DNA from: Octopus vulgaris
Taxonomy: Eukaryota
Assembly (NCBI GenBank): GCA_951406725.2
Contig: OX597816.1
Coordinates: 155,000,001-155,064,000 of the forward strand
Reading direction: 5' to 3'
DNA: 64,000 bases
Shown here: piece after piece, positions 28,895 to 40,706 of the stretch
Layout: every line of letters starts with the position of its first letter
Position numbering within the stretch: position 1 is the stretch's first letter
Made by a program: the position numbers and the translations under genes
The notes under the pieces: model-generated
Told to the model about the DNA's origin: nothing
Seen by the model: the letters and a program-made list of their open reading frames with translations, nothing else
Databases searched by the model: none

Positions 28895-30056
28895 AAATTA
28901 AAGGGAACGATTGTCAAGCATATGTACTTTACGCATATGTTTGAAAATGACATTTGTAAAATTATAAGATTATGTGTTGAGAGGAAAAGCTTTTCAGTAG
29001 ATTAGGTGGAATTAATGCCTTTGGAAGCAGTTGCGGAATCAAGCAATATTATTATAATGAAATATGGCAACCGCATTAACAAGAAGAATTCATGCTATTT
29101 GGTTTGCATATAAACCGTGTAATGGTTTAGATTAATTGTATATCAGCCCTGTATAGCATGTATTTTGCTCTAAAATTCAACATCATCACTCACACACCAA
29201 AATATAAGCAATAAAATTTAATTTCATAATTTAGTGATAACATAAATTACAAACGTACATTTAAACATTCGGGCATAATAAATTAAGCCAGTGAATTGTT
29301 ATAATCGTTATTGTCTTGGCTAGACGGTGTTTGCTCCGATAGTCTCAGATCAAATCCAGTCAGAATCAAATTTGCTTTTCATCTCTTTTTAAGCTTGATA
29401 AATAAAGTAACAGTTCTGGGTGGAAGATTAGAAAAATCCTAGTGTGAAACATTCATGTTTTCCTACGCTACTCACCGAAAATTTCCCTAATACCAAGCGA
29501 TAACTGTCACTGATTTCTGACTTGGACAATATTGAGATGTAGTGTGGCTGCGTTAGGCTTCATTTAGATACAGTCAGATTTCGGATGCCGTAATCACTAT
29601 TCGTTGATTCACAAGTAGGAAGCAATAATGATCTTTACAATATTTATTTCATAAGTATATTTATTGACAGAATCAAAGAATTAGGCCGGCAAAGTTAAAG
29701 GAACTTTCCGACAAAATGTGCAAGGTAATATATTTTAAATAAAATCTTCAAATCAATGTTTGAAAATATACATCGTTTTCTGAGCTAGTGGACAGCTAAA
29801 ATAGATTACATGTGGCGCATTCATTTCATGCGAATTTGATGCATGGCAATGTATAATAAAAAGGCAAAATTATAGAATGACTTATTGAGATCTTCTTGGT
29901 TCCTCTTCAAGAAATATATTATTCTGTGATGATTTTATGACCTTTCATACATCTTTAGGAATTTTGCCAACTTAAATAAAGTATTATTGGATTGCATAGT
30001 TTACCAATAGTGTCCAGTATCATCCAATATAATCAAAAGTCATTTCACATAACGGA

Positions 30057-30138
<82 letters not shown>

Positions 30139-30239
30139 ACGCACACACATATATACACACATGCAGACTTATGCATGCACAAACACAAAAGCGCGCACAC
30201 ACACACACAGACTTATGCACACGTATGCATGCGCGATTA

Positions 30240-30396
30240 TGTGTGTGGCGGTGTGATAAGAAGTTTGCTTCCGAATACATGGTTCTCGGTTCAATCCTAC
30301 TGCAACGCAACTTGGGCAAGTGCCTTCTACTACAACCCTGGGCCGACCAAAATCTTGTGAGTGGATATAGTAGACAAAAACTGAAAGAAGCCCGTC

Positions 30397-30400
<4 letters not shown>
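30240..30400 (+). mobile_element. CORE-type SINE family A, 5' half
   Basis: GTGTGGCGGTGTGATAAGAAGTTTGCTT...GGTTCAATCC...CTTGGGCAAGTGCCTTCTACTA...AACTGAAAGAAGCCCGTCG. Confidence 0.75.
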
Positions 30401-30441
<41 letters not shown>

Positions 30442-30629
30442 AATATGGATGTATATGTGTCTGTGTGTGTGTAGCTTTATATCCTTCTTTTATTTCAGTC
30501 ATGCTGGTGCACAGGCTTGACGAATTTTAGCCTAGCAAATCGTTCAGAGTACTTAGATTTTTATAAGCTGGTATTTATTCTATCGGTGTCTTTCGCCGAA
30601 CCGCTAGATTTATATATATATATTTCTTT

Positions 30630-30795
30630 TCTCTAGTTTTAACTCAGAGCTGTGGCCAGGTATATGTGTCTGTGTGCACCGCCGTTTTGCTACACTGTTA
30701 TTACTAAGAGCCTCCTCTAATATGTGGCACTTGGTGAAGCATGGAGTTTGATATAGCTACCCTCATTTCCATCGCTTGCCGTGAGGTAGATTCAT
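30630..30795 (-). mobile_element. Diverged 3' end of the same LINE group as 8563-11295
   Basis: GAGCTGTGGCCA...GCACCGCC.TTTTGCTACAC...TGCCGTGA.GT..TTCAT aligns with 8598-8730. Confidence 0.6.
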
Positions 30796-30819
30796 ATATG
30801 TATCTATATATATACATAT

Positions 30820-30957
30820 ATAATACCTGGGTTTCGGAACAACTCTGATCGCAAGTAAATCGTGCTTTATATATATATATATAAATATCATATCATATAT
30901 ATATATAAACCACGAATTATTCGTGATCAAAGTGGTTCGAAAACCGAGGTTCTACTG
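30820..30957. mobile_element. pogo/Tigger-like MITE (imperfect ~50-bp IRs around a TA tract)
   Basis: Right end reads TA|CAGTAGAACCTCGGTTTTCGAAC on the minus strand; left end ACCTGGGTTTCGGAAC...TGATCGC..GTAAATCGTG. Confidence 0.55.
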
Positions 30958-30973
30958 TACATATATATATAAA

Positions 30974-31134
30974 ATAAAAGAAGGAAAATGCACACAGTTT
31001 ACATAGTTTTAATATATTTTTTAATATATTTTATAAGTGAAAGTATATTGTGTTTGTCGACATCGACAAACAGATTAAAAAAATAGATTAAAAATTATAT
31101 TAAAACTATGTAAACTGTGCACTTTCATTCTATT
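30974..31134. repeat. Hairpin-type element flanked by (TA)n
   Basis: CACAGTTTACATAGTTTTAATATA / TATATTAAAACTATGTAAACTGTG arms, plus inner TGTTTGTCGA-CA-TCGACAAACA hairpin. Confidence 0.7.
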
Positions 31135-31365
31135 ATATATATATATATATATATATTGCATTACAACTTACCACGTGGAGATAATCGAAATTCTTCTCCT
31201 CCCTTTTTCGTGGATCGTTGGCGATGTTTTACCTCCGTCTTCCTTTTCTCTTAAACTTTCCTCTTTCACCTGTTTCTGAACTAACGGCTTCATTGAATCC
31301 GAGTGTAAGTGACTAAGCATTACTCAAGCATGCGACCCTTTTATGTAATTTTCCTATCACATTTT

Positions 31366-31570
31366 AAGGCGGCCAGCTAGCAGGAATGTTAGCACGCCAG
31401 GCAAAAATGTTTTGCGATGTTTGGTCCGTCATTACGTTCCGCTGTGATTACCTTTGCCTTTCATCCTTTCGGTGTCGATAAAGTACGTATCAATTGAGCC
31501 CCTGACGTCGATGTAATCGATTTATTCCCCATGTACCCCGAATTTGCTGTTCTTATGCCAAAATGTGAAA
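31366..31570 (+). mobile_element. SINE family B, decayed
   Basis: AAGGCGGCCAGCTAGCAGGAATGTTAGCACGCC...CTTTGCCTTTCATCCTTTCGGTGTCGATAA. Confidence 0.7.
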
Positions 31571-31814
31571 CGAGATCTGTGATGCATGTTACAGTTTGAC
31601 AAAAATATGTACTTCTGAATAAAAGTTTCCATGCATCCAACAGATTTCACTTTAACAAGTTCATTTCACTGACAAGCGCATGAGTTGAATCGAGGCTACA
31701 GAACATGGCAGAGGAATCGAACTCTAAACTCGATGACTGAAAAGCTTCTTAACTATTCAGTCGTATACTGTGTCTGCATACGTACATTATCGCTGAATAT
31801 ACATTCCTATGGCA

Positions 31815-32075
31815 AAATCGCGTGGAGTAGTGGTAAGGGCGTTGCATTCACGATCTTGCTATCATGCTTTTGATTGGGGGATCGGGCAGTGAGTTGTGCT
31901 CTTGAGCAAACCACTTCCGTTTCTCGTTGCTCTAGTCCACACAGCTCCAAATGAATAGCCCTGCGACAGACTGGAGTCCTCTTCGGTTGCGGTTAGTGAT
32001 CTCGGCCACTTATGCGCCATAGAAATTTGGTAACAGGCTCAATGAGTCTTTGGAGTCGAGACAGTGATGTCCAGT
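31815..32075 (+). mobile_element. Old tRNA-derived SINE (related copy at ~57070-57310)
   Basis: A box-like GTGGAGTAGTGGTAAG, CTTGAGCAAACCACTT, CCCTGCGACAGACTGG, and end GAGTCTTTGG.GTCGAGACA..GATGTCCAG shared with 57279-57309. Confidence 0.55.
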
Positions 32076-33266
32076 GGTTAATGATGATAACACATTCATA
32101 GACTTCTGGCTTGAGCAATCGCCCACAAAATTTCGGTAAATGGGAACAGTCGATTACACTCTGTATATTACTTGAGTGGCACTTATTTCTCGACTCCTGG
32201 CAGATTCATAGGAAATTCAAGTAGCGAGTTATCAAATTTTAGAGATGCAAATAAACATCACGAAACACGACGTTTTCTAGGCTCGATCTACTGATTCTGT
32301 TAGCCCACCACTATCGTATGTGAACTTAGACTTAACCATTACTCGCAAGCGAGTATGACATAGGCTGCAACATGCTTTTGTTAATTGTTTGACAGGGTCT
32401 ATGAAGCCGCGAAGAGACATATATCAGCCCTTTTACACTTAACCCAGCAGAACAACGAGAATATGACACTGGGGGCGGGAGGAGTGTTGCTTCAGCACTC
32501 TTAACTGTTGAATAGACAGAATAACGTAAGATGGTGCGCCTTGCCCAAACACACAACGCGGTTCCTGATCCAAGAATCAAAACCTCAGCCTTATGATTGT
32601 GAGCACACTTTTATCGACTAGGCGATGCCCATTCATTGTGTTCTTGAATGCGCATATATAAATTAGTATCTTTGCTTAGGCATATTCCTAAGCAGAAATT
32701 AACTGACATACTTACACCCACACGCACACATCACAGTCACATATATGCATACGAATATTTCGAAAAAGATTGATTTGTGAGTTGCTGTGTCCAGTAAATT
32801 TACAATAAAACTAGTCATATCTACAAACTATATTAATCAGTATCTGTAGGAAATTTTCGGTTGATTTGGCAGTTTTAATGGTTGTATAAACATTTATGAC
32901 AAATTTCATGTCAAAATATCAAGAGAGAATTAATTACTTTTACTCTTACGGAAACATTGAATATCGCAGTTTATAATATTGAGTTAACTGAAAGTGCTAT
33001 TTATGTTTTGATACTTGTTCACGTTAAATACATTTATATTTACGTTAGCAAAACCAGCGGGTGAACATCAGAAATGTAGAATGGTTAATAAGCATTTTTT
33101 TAGGTTTATTTTATCTTTTACTTATTTCAAAAAGGGTATTTTTGAGGGAAGTAAAATAGATATTACTCCGACCGAGAATCGAATATGGTTTCAAAACATT
33201 GAGAAAAAGTAATATTCAAATATGAGATTCTTCAATCCATGTTAATTGATAGATAAATATCAAGAA

Positions 33267-33777
33267 CTAGCAGTATAACCCGGCCTTGCCCGGGATTAAA
33301 TTGCGATTTTTAAGCTAATCAAGTTCTTTATTTCAAACCAAACTAAGTATATAGACGTCAAATTTGGGCGAAATCCGTTGAAATTAGTTATATTATATAT
33401 ATATATTATATATATATAATATAATATAAATATATATGGGCAACAGATACTAACACACAAACACACACGTACGTACGCACACCTATTGCATGTTTTGTGC
33501 ATGCATACATGTTCATAAACAGAAATGAATGGAAAAAATGTTGTTAAATTTGTAGATTAACACTCGCACAATTTTGACTAAGAAAACAAATCGGTTTTTT
33601 TGCATGGAATCAACAAAAACCCTTTTTGTGGGGTGTGGAGTGGGGGTGTGGTGGAAGCCTCGCAAATTGTACCCATTTATATCGTGTAATTCACTGACAA
33701 ATTGTTACTCACCTCTTTGTTTCTTTGTTGTTAAATAAATGGATTGTCAACAAAACACTTTTTTACAATCACGTACA

Positions 33778-33827
<50 letters not shown>

Positions 33828-33852
33828 CACATCCTCCCTTTTATAGATATGA
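33267..33852 (-). mobile_element. Non-autonomous Helitron
   Basis: On the minus strand: A|TC 5' end followed by a (TG)n tract; 3' hairpin CCCGG-GCAAGG-CCGGG a few nt before CTAG|T; no TSD. Confidence 0.7.
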
Positions 33853-33914
33853 TGTAGGGAAACTGATTACGACTAATTTACGCAAATAGCAACAACACAA
33901 ACGGTGAGAGATCA

Positions 33915-34068
33915 AATTTTGGTACAAGGCTAGCAATTTCGGGACAGAGAAAAGTCAATTACAACGATCGCAGTGCTCCACTTTATCGACTTCAAAAAGA
34001 TGAAAGGCAAAGACGACCTCGGCGGAATTTGTAACTTTAAGACAGACGAAGTACTACGAAGCATTTTA
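33915..34068 (-). mobile_element. SINE family B, decayed
   Basis: GATGAAAGGCAAAGACGACCTCGGCGGAATTTG...GACAGACGAA. Confidence 0.7.
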
Positions 34069-34074
34069 ATCTAA

Positions 34075-34280
34075 GAGGAGATGGAAGCTTCAGCGAAGGA
34101 GTTCTTCGCCTTGAAAGACAAGATCTGGTATCAGCGTGGGATCAAAGAACTGGCAGAAAGGTGATTTCAAACGGTGCAACAAGATCGCCCCCACGTTGAC
34201 TGATCAGCTGCTTTTGTTGTAACATGAAGAGTAAAGCAATTGAGTTACTAAAATATTGAAAAGCATTTGACTCAACACTA
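34075..34280 (+). mobile_element. Mariner transposase C-terminal relic and right end
   Basis: FFALKDKIWYQRGIKELAER*FQTVQQD resembles the mariner 'FF..K...FY..GI..L.ERW...V...G.Y' terminus. Confidence 0.6.
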
Positions 34281-34756
34281 CATATTTTCACTGCTATTTT
34301 ATTTTATTTTTCCGCCTCTGTATTGCATTTTAATGTACTAAAAAAAAAGGATTCTGTGAACTACATCTGACGTAAAGTAGAATAAATTCACTGCACTTGA
34401 GGTTTATTTTCCCTTATTAATTGCTTTAAAACAAACCAGCAGACACACACAAATAAACACACACACAAACACACACACACAAACACACAGACGCCCACAC
34501 ACACACACACATTCACACCTATGTATGTATGTATGTATGTATGTATGTATGTATGTATGTATGTATGTATGTATGTGCATATGTATGTATGTGCTTGAGA
34601 TACTCATCCTGCCTTAGTTTTGTTGTACCTTTTCCTCTAATATATATCAGCTAACTCGGAAGATTACTATGGACCCCTAGAATTTACAAATTATAGCATT
34701 TACATAGCGTATCTATTCGTTTAGATCACCGGTGGATTAAACCCCTCATATGCTTT

Positions 34757-34793
34757 ATATATATATATACATATATATATATATACACATATG

Positions 34794-34824
<31 letters not shown>

Positions 34825-34865
34825 GTGTATATATACATATGTGTATATATATATATATGTATATA

Positions 34866-34915
<50 letters not shown>

Positions 34916-35011
34916 CATATATATATATATACACATATGTATACAGGCACATATATATACACACATATATATATACATACACACATATATATACATATAT
35001 ATGTATATATT

Positions 35012-35057
<46 letters not shown>

Positions 35058-35068
35058 CATACATGTAT
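34757..35068. repeat. TA-rich compound microsatellite
   Basis: Seen directly. Confidence 0.95.
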
Positions 35069-35084
35069 AAAAAAATACATTATG

Positions 35085-35226
35085 TTTATTTTTGTGTTCC
35101 TTTCTGTTGAAGAGCGAAGGCTCGAAATGTAAAAGACTTTCACACTTTCCTAGCGTTAAACTAATACATCTGTTTGTTGTTTACCCACCCGTCTTCGTGT
35201 TTTTTTTTGTTTGTAAATTCTCACCA
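35085..35226 (+). mobile_element. (TA)n-flanked short repeat carrying a hammerhead-like motif (PLE pseudo-LTR-like); second copy at 51700-51860
   Basis: CTTT-CTGTTGA-A-GAGC-GAAG-GCTC-GAAA-TG-TA-AAAG; downstream CTAATACATCTGTTTGTTGT shared with the other copy. Confidence 0.65.
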
Positions 35227-36282
35227 TATATGTATATATATATATATATATATATAAACATGCAACGAAGATTATCTTCAAGAATCTGCTTCTCAATGCT
35301 TTGTGAAATCTTACGCTGGTTAAATCCACTCTCAGATTGACACACAAAACGCCGTCATTGAAAATCAAACAAATCTTTTCGTCTCTGGTAATCATGGCAT
35401 GTGTAGTTGCTATAAACAGTTGACATGCTGCTATCTGAAATGAAAATTAATAATTCATTAACAAATTTGAAGCACCGTGGAGTGTCTGCACTGAACCCCA
35501 CCCTAGATAAAAACGAAAGAGGAGGTGTCTATTTACATTTGAAATGTCTGTCTATCTTTATATATATATATATACACATCGAAGAGGCCAGGGAACAGAA
35601 GAAAGAAGAGGAAAGAAGACATGCACCCAACACCAGAGCTGAAGATACCTCCGAAAGGGGTGCCCCGCCACGTCAAAACGGCAGAGGAGTAGGGGCCGAA
35701 ACCGGACGTGGTTCCTTCTGATGATGTCTTGAGCTAACTGGATACTATAAAGGAGCTGTTGTGGTAGCAGACCACGAAACACGGTTGAAATTCCTCCTAT
35801 ATGTTGGTGGGCAGGCGTGTATAATACATATTTGGGGATATTAAGTATAGATTAAATGTTTATCTAGTATTGAACTGAATACGAATAGTAGACTCAATTA
35901 AAATATCACAAATGTTAACAATCACTTATCAGTCTTATGTAGCTTGCTCAGAGTCTGGCTGTTGTTAGAAGAAAGTGTTTCAGATTATTATCGGGTTAGA
36001 ATTGAAGGACTTAATATGTAGTAGTTGCTGAAAGCAAATATTGCATATGATTCCGTACACAATCCAATCGGAAAATACCTCTTAATTTGCTTTTGATATT
36101 ACTTTAATTTAGAATGGAAAGGGCATGTAACAAATTATTAGTTTCTACTGGTTGTAGTCAGTAAACTTGCACCACACACATTTCGAAGACCGCAGCAGAG
36201 AAGTGTAAGAAGCCTAACTCAACATCTTAAGGGAGCAATATCTGGATCATAAACTTTATTGAAACACAATTTGCTGGTATAG

Positions 36283-36515
36283 AAGGCGGCGAGCTGGCAG
36301 AAACGTTAGCACTCCGGGCGAAATGCTTAGCAGTATTTCGCCTGCCGTTACGTTCTGCGTTCAAATTCCGCCGAGGTCGACTTTGCCTTTCATCCTTTCG
36401 AGGTCGATAAATTAAGTACCAGTTACGCACTGGGGTCAATATAATCGACTTAATACCTATGTCTGTCCTTGTTTGTCCCCTCTATGTTTAGCCACTTGTG
36501 GGTAATAAAGAAATA
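36283..36515 (+). mobile_element. Full-length SINE family B, tail type 2, with 8-bp TSD GGTATAGA
   Basis: Complete head, Meta-like domain and tail ending AATAAAGAAAT; GGTATAGA at 36276 and 36516. A 5'-half copy lies inverted at 36758-36848. Confidence 0.9.
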
Positions 36516-37024
36516 GGTATAGATGCGGGTGTGCTGCATACATCTGTAAATGAAGTGTATGAAAAGATGACAGAAGCAAATAATTCATTACTCTGCATAA
36601 TTCCTGGGCGATCAACGTGGCTTGTAGAGGTGAAAGGCTATGCGGAAGGAATTTCTTGTTTCATATAACATCCGTTTAAATTCTTTAGAGTCAAGACCTT
36701 CGCGAAGAGTAAACTGAAACATGGAAACCAAAGCGTCGAGTATGCCATCTAGCAATGGGCGGAATTTGAACTCAGAACGTAGCGGCAGACGAAATACGGC
36801 TACGCATTTCGCCTGGCGTGCTAACGTTTCTGCCAGCTCGCCGGCTTAGTACAAAGAAAATATTAAAAATATTAAAATCCAGTTGATCAAGTCCTTCCAA
36901 GAGATGCTGTATTAATCAGTACTGAAGACTTGCACATACATAGCATGAGAACATTTAGTAATGCGTTCGGCAATAATCTACTGGCATTATTATATTTACG
37001 CTTCCATTTCATAACTGTCATCTG

Positions 37025-37063
<39 letters not shown>

Positions 37064-37072
<9 letters not shown>

Positions 37073-37462
37073 AATAGTAAAAAGTGAAAAAACTACAGAA
37101 GGCTTGTTTTAAAAGGTTAAAAAATATATATTTGAGTCAATATGTCTGAAGAATGTTATAAATTTTTTTCATACAATGACATAGTTTAGAAGAAATAACC
37201 GGTTTCGCGTACAGCTTTTCAAATTTCTTAAATCGTTATGTTTACATTGAGCGGAGATCAGGTAATTGATCTCCGCTCAATGTAAACATAATGATTTAAG
37301 AAATTTGAAAAGCTGTACGCGAAACCGGTTATTTCTCCTAAATTATGTCATTGTATGAAAAAAATTTATAACATTCTTCAGACATATTGACTCAAATATA
37401 TATTTTTTAACCTTTAAAACAAGCCTTCTGTAGTTTTTTCACTTTTTACTATTTTCTATATA
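37064..37462. repeat. Near-perfect 400-bp palindrome (~197-bp arms, 6-nt loop at 37261-37266)
   Basis: Arms differ by about 3 transitions and 1 single-base indel (by eye); left arm abuts (TA)n. Confidence 0.95.
37299..37336 (+). ncRNA. Candidate minimal type-I hammerhead ribozyme, U3:A8 core variant (mirror copy 37190-37229, minus)
   Basis: AGAAAT [TTGAAAA] GC-TGTAC-GC [GAAA] CCGG [TT] ATTTCT: 6-7-bp stem I, 2-bp stem II, palindromic stem III ACCGGU, GUU cleavage triplet. Confidence 0.65.
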
Positions 37463-37496
37463 TTCAACCACGTGCTTTCACAAACCAACTTTCTCA

Positions 37497-37563
<67 letters not shown>

Positions 37564-37567
<4 letters not shown>

Positions 37568-38582
37568 TGCTGCGGTAAAAAATATATGTTTACACAAAAT
37601 TTTTCGCTTAGTCCGAGGAAGAGGATAAGAAAGTAAAGAATTAAATCGAGAGCTAGATGACATTTAATTTGGTCTTCGAGGTTTCTCTCTAGTTATATTT
37701 TTTCTACACACATGTATAATAAGTCTAAAGGCAAAAATATAATCTATTTTCATAATGTGTAAATATAGATTTTATCGGAGGAGTGTTTCTTAAATTATAT
37801 GTATTGCGATAGAATTGAAAAGGGCAACGTCCATTCAGGCATTAGAAAAAGTGATGTTTGATATTTAATTTTGGTTTTGATTTAAATCCTCCGAGTACTC
37901 GTTTTGCCATTTTATGCAAATGGAAAATAAATGCATTAAAAGTAAAGAAATTTCAGAACAGAATTAACACTTGCCGTTAACCCACCATATAGATATAAGT
38001 ACAATATGTTTTAGTATCCTTACGTGCACACACACATTTGTGTGTGCTTGTACTTGTATTGCAGTGGGGAAATCGGTGAAATAGAGAATGAATGTTGGGA
38101 CATTTGTCAGTATAAGAGCCTTGCACCAAAGAGTTATGTTATTTTACGCTCCAAGTTCAAATCCTACAGATGCCAACGTTCACTTCTTTTTCTTATATAT
38201 ATATATATATTTATTTATTTATATTTCACCGATTTCACCACTGCAATACAAGTACAGACACACACAAATGTCAAACATCAAACATCAAACATCATTTTCT
38301 CTAATGCCTGAATGGACGTTGCCCTTTTCAATTCTATCACAATACATATAATTTAAGAAACAGTCCTCCGATAAAATCTATATTTACACGTAATGAAAAT
38401 AGATTATATTTTTGCCTTTAGACTTATTGTACATATGTGTAGAAAAAATATAACTAGAGAGAAATCTCGAAGACCAAATTAAATGTCATCTAGCTCTCGA
38501 TTTAATTCTTTACTTTCTTATTCTCTTCCTCGAACTAAGCGAAAACTTTTGTGTAAACATATATTTTTTACCGCAGCAATTT
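37564..38582. mobile_element. Fold-back/MITE-like element with ~300-bp inverted arms and a nested 50-bp inner IR
   Basis: 37564-37862 vs 38284-38582, roughly 95% identical by eye; inner IR 38034-38083 vs 38222-38271. Confidence 0.85.
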
Positions 38583-40672
38583 TTACTTTTCTCCCATTTA
38601 ATTAATTGTGAATAGTTTCATTACAGAGCTGGGAAGATGAAGTACTCTTAATCTTCTCAGAAAAATTAGAACAATGCACTAAAAATTTGGAGCTTTTTCT
38701 TTTGTTCTATTTTGGCTTTAACAACTGTTGGAACTGATATTTTGCATTCCATCTCTCTCACACTTAAGAAATAAGCCCCAGACATTCTTCATGAATATTT
38801 AATGAAAGCCCATACATCAATGTCCAAATCCTCCCAAATCCTACCTCAATGTCTTAAAATGAAGTGAAATATGAGCAAGAGAGAGAGAGAGAAGGAGGGA
38901 GGGGAGGAAGATAAAGACGAGAGAGAGGGAGGGAAGGGGAGGAAGAAGAAGGAAAGAGAGAGAGAGAGAGTTGGGTACAGTTTTGGCCGCTAATTCTGTC
39001 AGCTCGATCACACAGAAAACCACCTCTTAATCCCTATTGTCTTGTCTGTGTCAGGTTTTATCTGAGTGGTACAAAAATCTTTAAAAATGGTTTGATTGAA
39101 AAGATTTGCTGAAGCCTGAATTCTTGCATTCTGAGAAATTACCGTTGTTTTATTCTTTCTCCTGGTTCCCTTGGATGCTAATAACCACATTTATATTTTT
39201 CATAAAGGTATAATGTTTTTAAAATCCACCATATGATTCATGACTTAATGTTTGTTAACTATAGCAAATATAGCTTCAAATTTTCTATAACTTAAAATAA
39301 ATTTCAACCTGTAAAATAATTAATTATCGTGTTCAGACATTTGTTAGCTATCAGTTGTTTACAGATTACCTAAAAGAAAGCAAAGAAATTCGGTTTTGTA
39401 TTTGGTTTGCTAGATTCTTGACACAAACTCGCATGCTGAAACATTTTTTGTTGTACCCAGGAGGGTCATTATGCTAATGAGCAGCATACAGATTGGTTTC
39501 ACTTCACTTCTTCATTATTTAATTGTCAAATGTTAACTATGTAGGAAATTAAGTAAGCGATTGTTAAACAGTCGGTTAGGTTTCTGAAAGTCTATTCGTC
39601 GCTAATTGCGACCTCATCAATGACATCCATCTAGACCCAGTGCGTGAGTTTATTTTTGGATTCATAACCCCCTCGAAATACAACAAGAAAAAATAGACTA
39701 GTCTGTATCTAAACTGTGAATATCAAACCTTTTGGATTAAGTTTTGGATTGATTATTCTATTTGTAATAAGGTTAGTTTTTGCAGGGATGACTGTAGTGT
39801 TTCAAGCATTTTATAGGGGTTCATGCTAGAATATATACGTCATTCACTGCAGTACACGAAAAGTAAGGACATACCGAGCAGCATTTTAATTCAGTGTGAA
39901 GGAACCTTGTTAAATGACAAGCTATATCGTTCAGTACAAGCAAACTCATTTTGCCATGTCCTTGTCATAGCTAATGCAGGGTGGAATATAGGCGGTTTTT
40001 TATCGAGATATTTTAACGTTCAGCAAGTTCAATCTAGAAGATTAAGAGATGAAAGTTAATATTGCATACGATTCCGTGCACGATCTAAAGATATCTATTA
40101 ATTTGCTTTTGATATTACATCCATTGAGAATGTTCCAGGGTGTGTAACAAATTATTAGTTTCTACTGGCTGTAGGTTGTGAAACGATTCTGATCGCTGTT
40201 TGAAAGCTATTTCACAACACTTAAGAAGCTCATGCTCTTAGAAGGAAGGTGTGTTACCTACCGATATCAATACATAGTTAAAATCAATCGTAAAAAGACA
40301 CACGCACACACACTTACACACAAATATATATGCACATACATACGCTTGCACATGTGTCAGAGCACATATCTTCAATACAAGTGAAAGTCTGTATGTGTTT
40401 GTGTTATGTATGTGCAAATATGTGAGTGCGTGTTTGTGTGTGTGTTTGTGTGTGTGTGTGCATGCGTGCATGCATCTGTGTGTGTGTTTGTGTATGTGTG
40501 TGTGTGTAAAGAGCAAAATAAATTCAGCTGCAATTTGCAACATTCGTGGAACTGAAATAAAGTAGAACTGAATACTTTATATAGCATTATATGTATAAAA
40601 CTCGCACAATGAAGTCCATTGCTACTCTAAGTTTCAATCTCGAGAGCACGATATCGCGCCACTTTATTTGAT

Positions 40673-40705
<33 letters not shown>

Positions 40706-40706
<1 letters not shown>

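Noticed and set aside
34721-35143. Many ORFs rich in YI/HT/CV/YLSI (also 4777-5399, 11340-11652, 30020-30502, 42311, 53125 etc.)
   Set aside because: Translations of stop-free microsatellites, not genes.
38841-39200. GA-rich tract plus unique sequence as a promoter/first exon
   Set aside because: No verifiable promoter or splice evidence from sequence alone.
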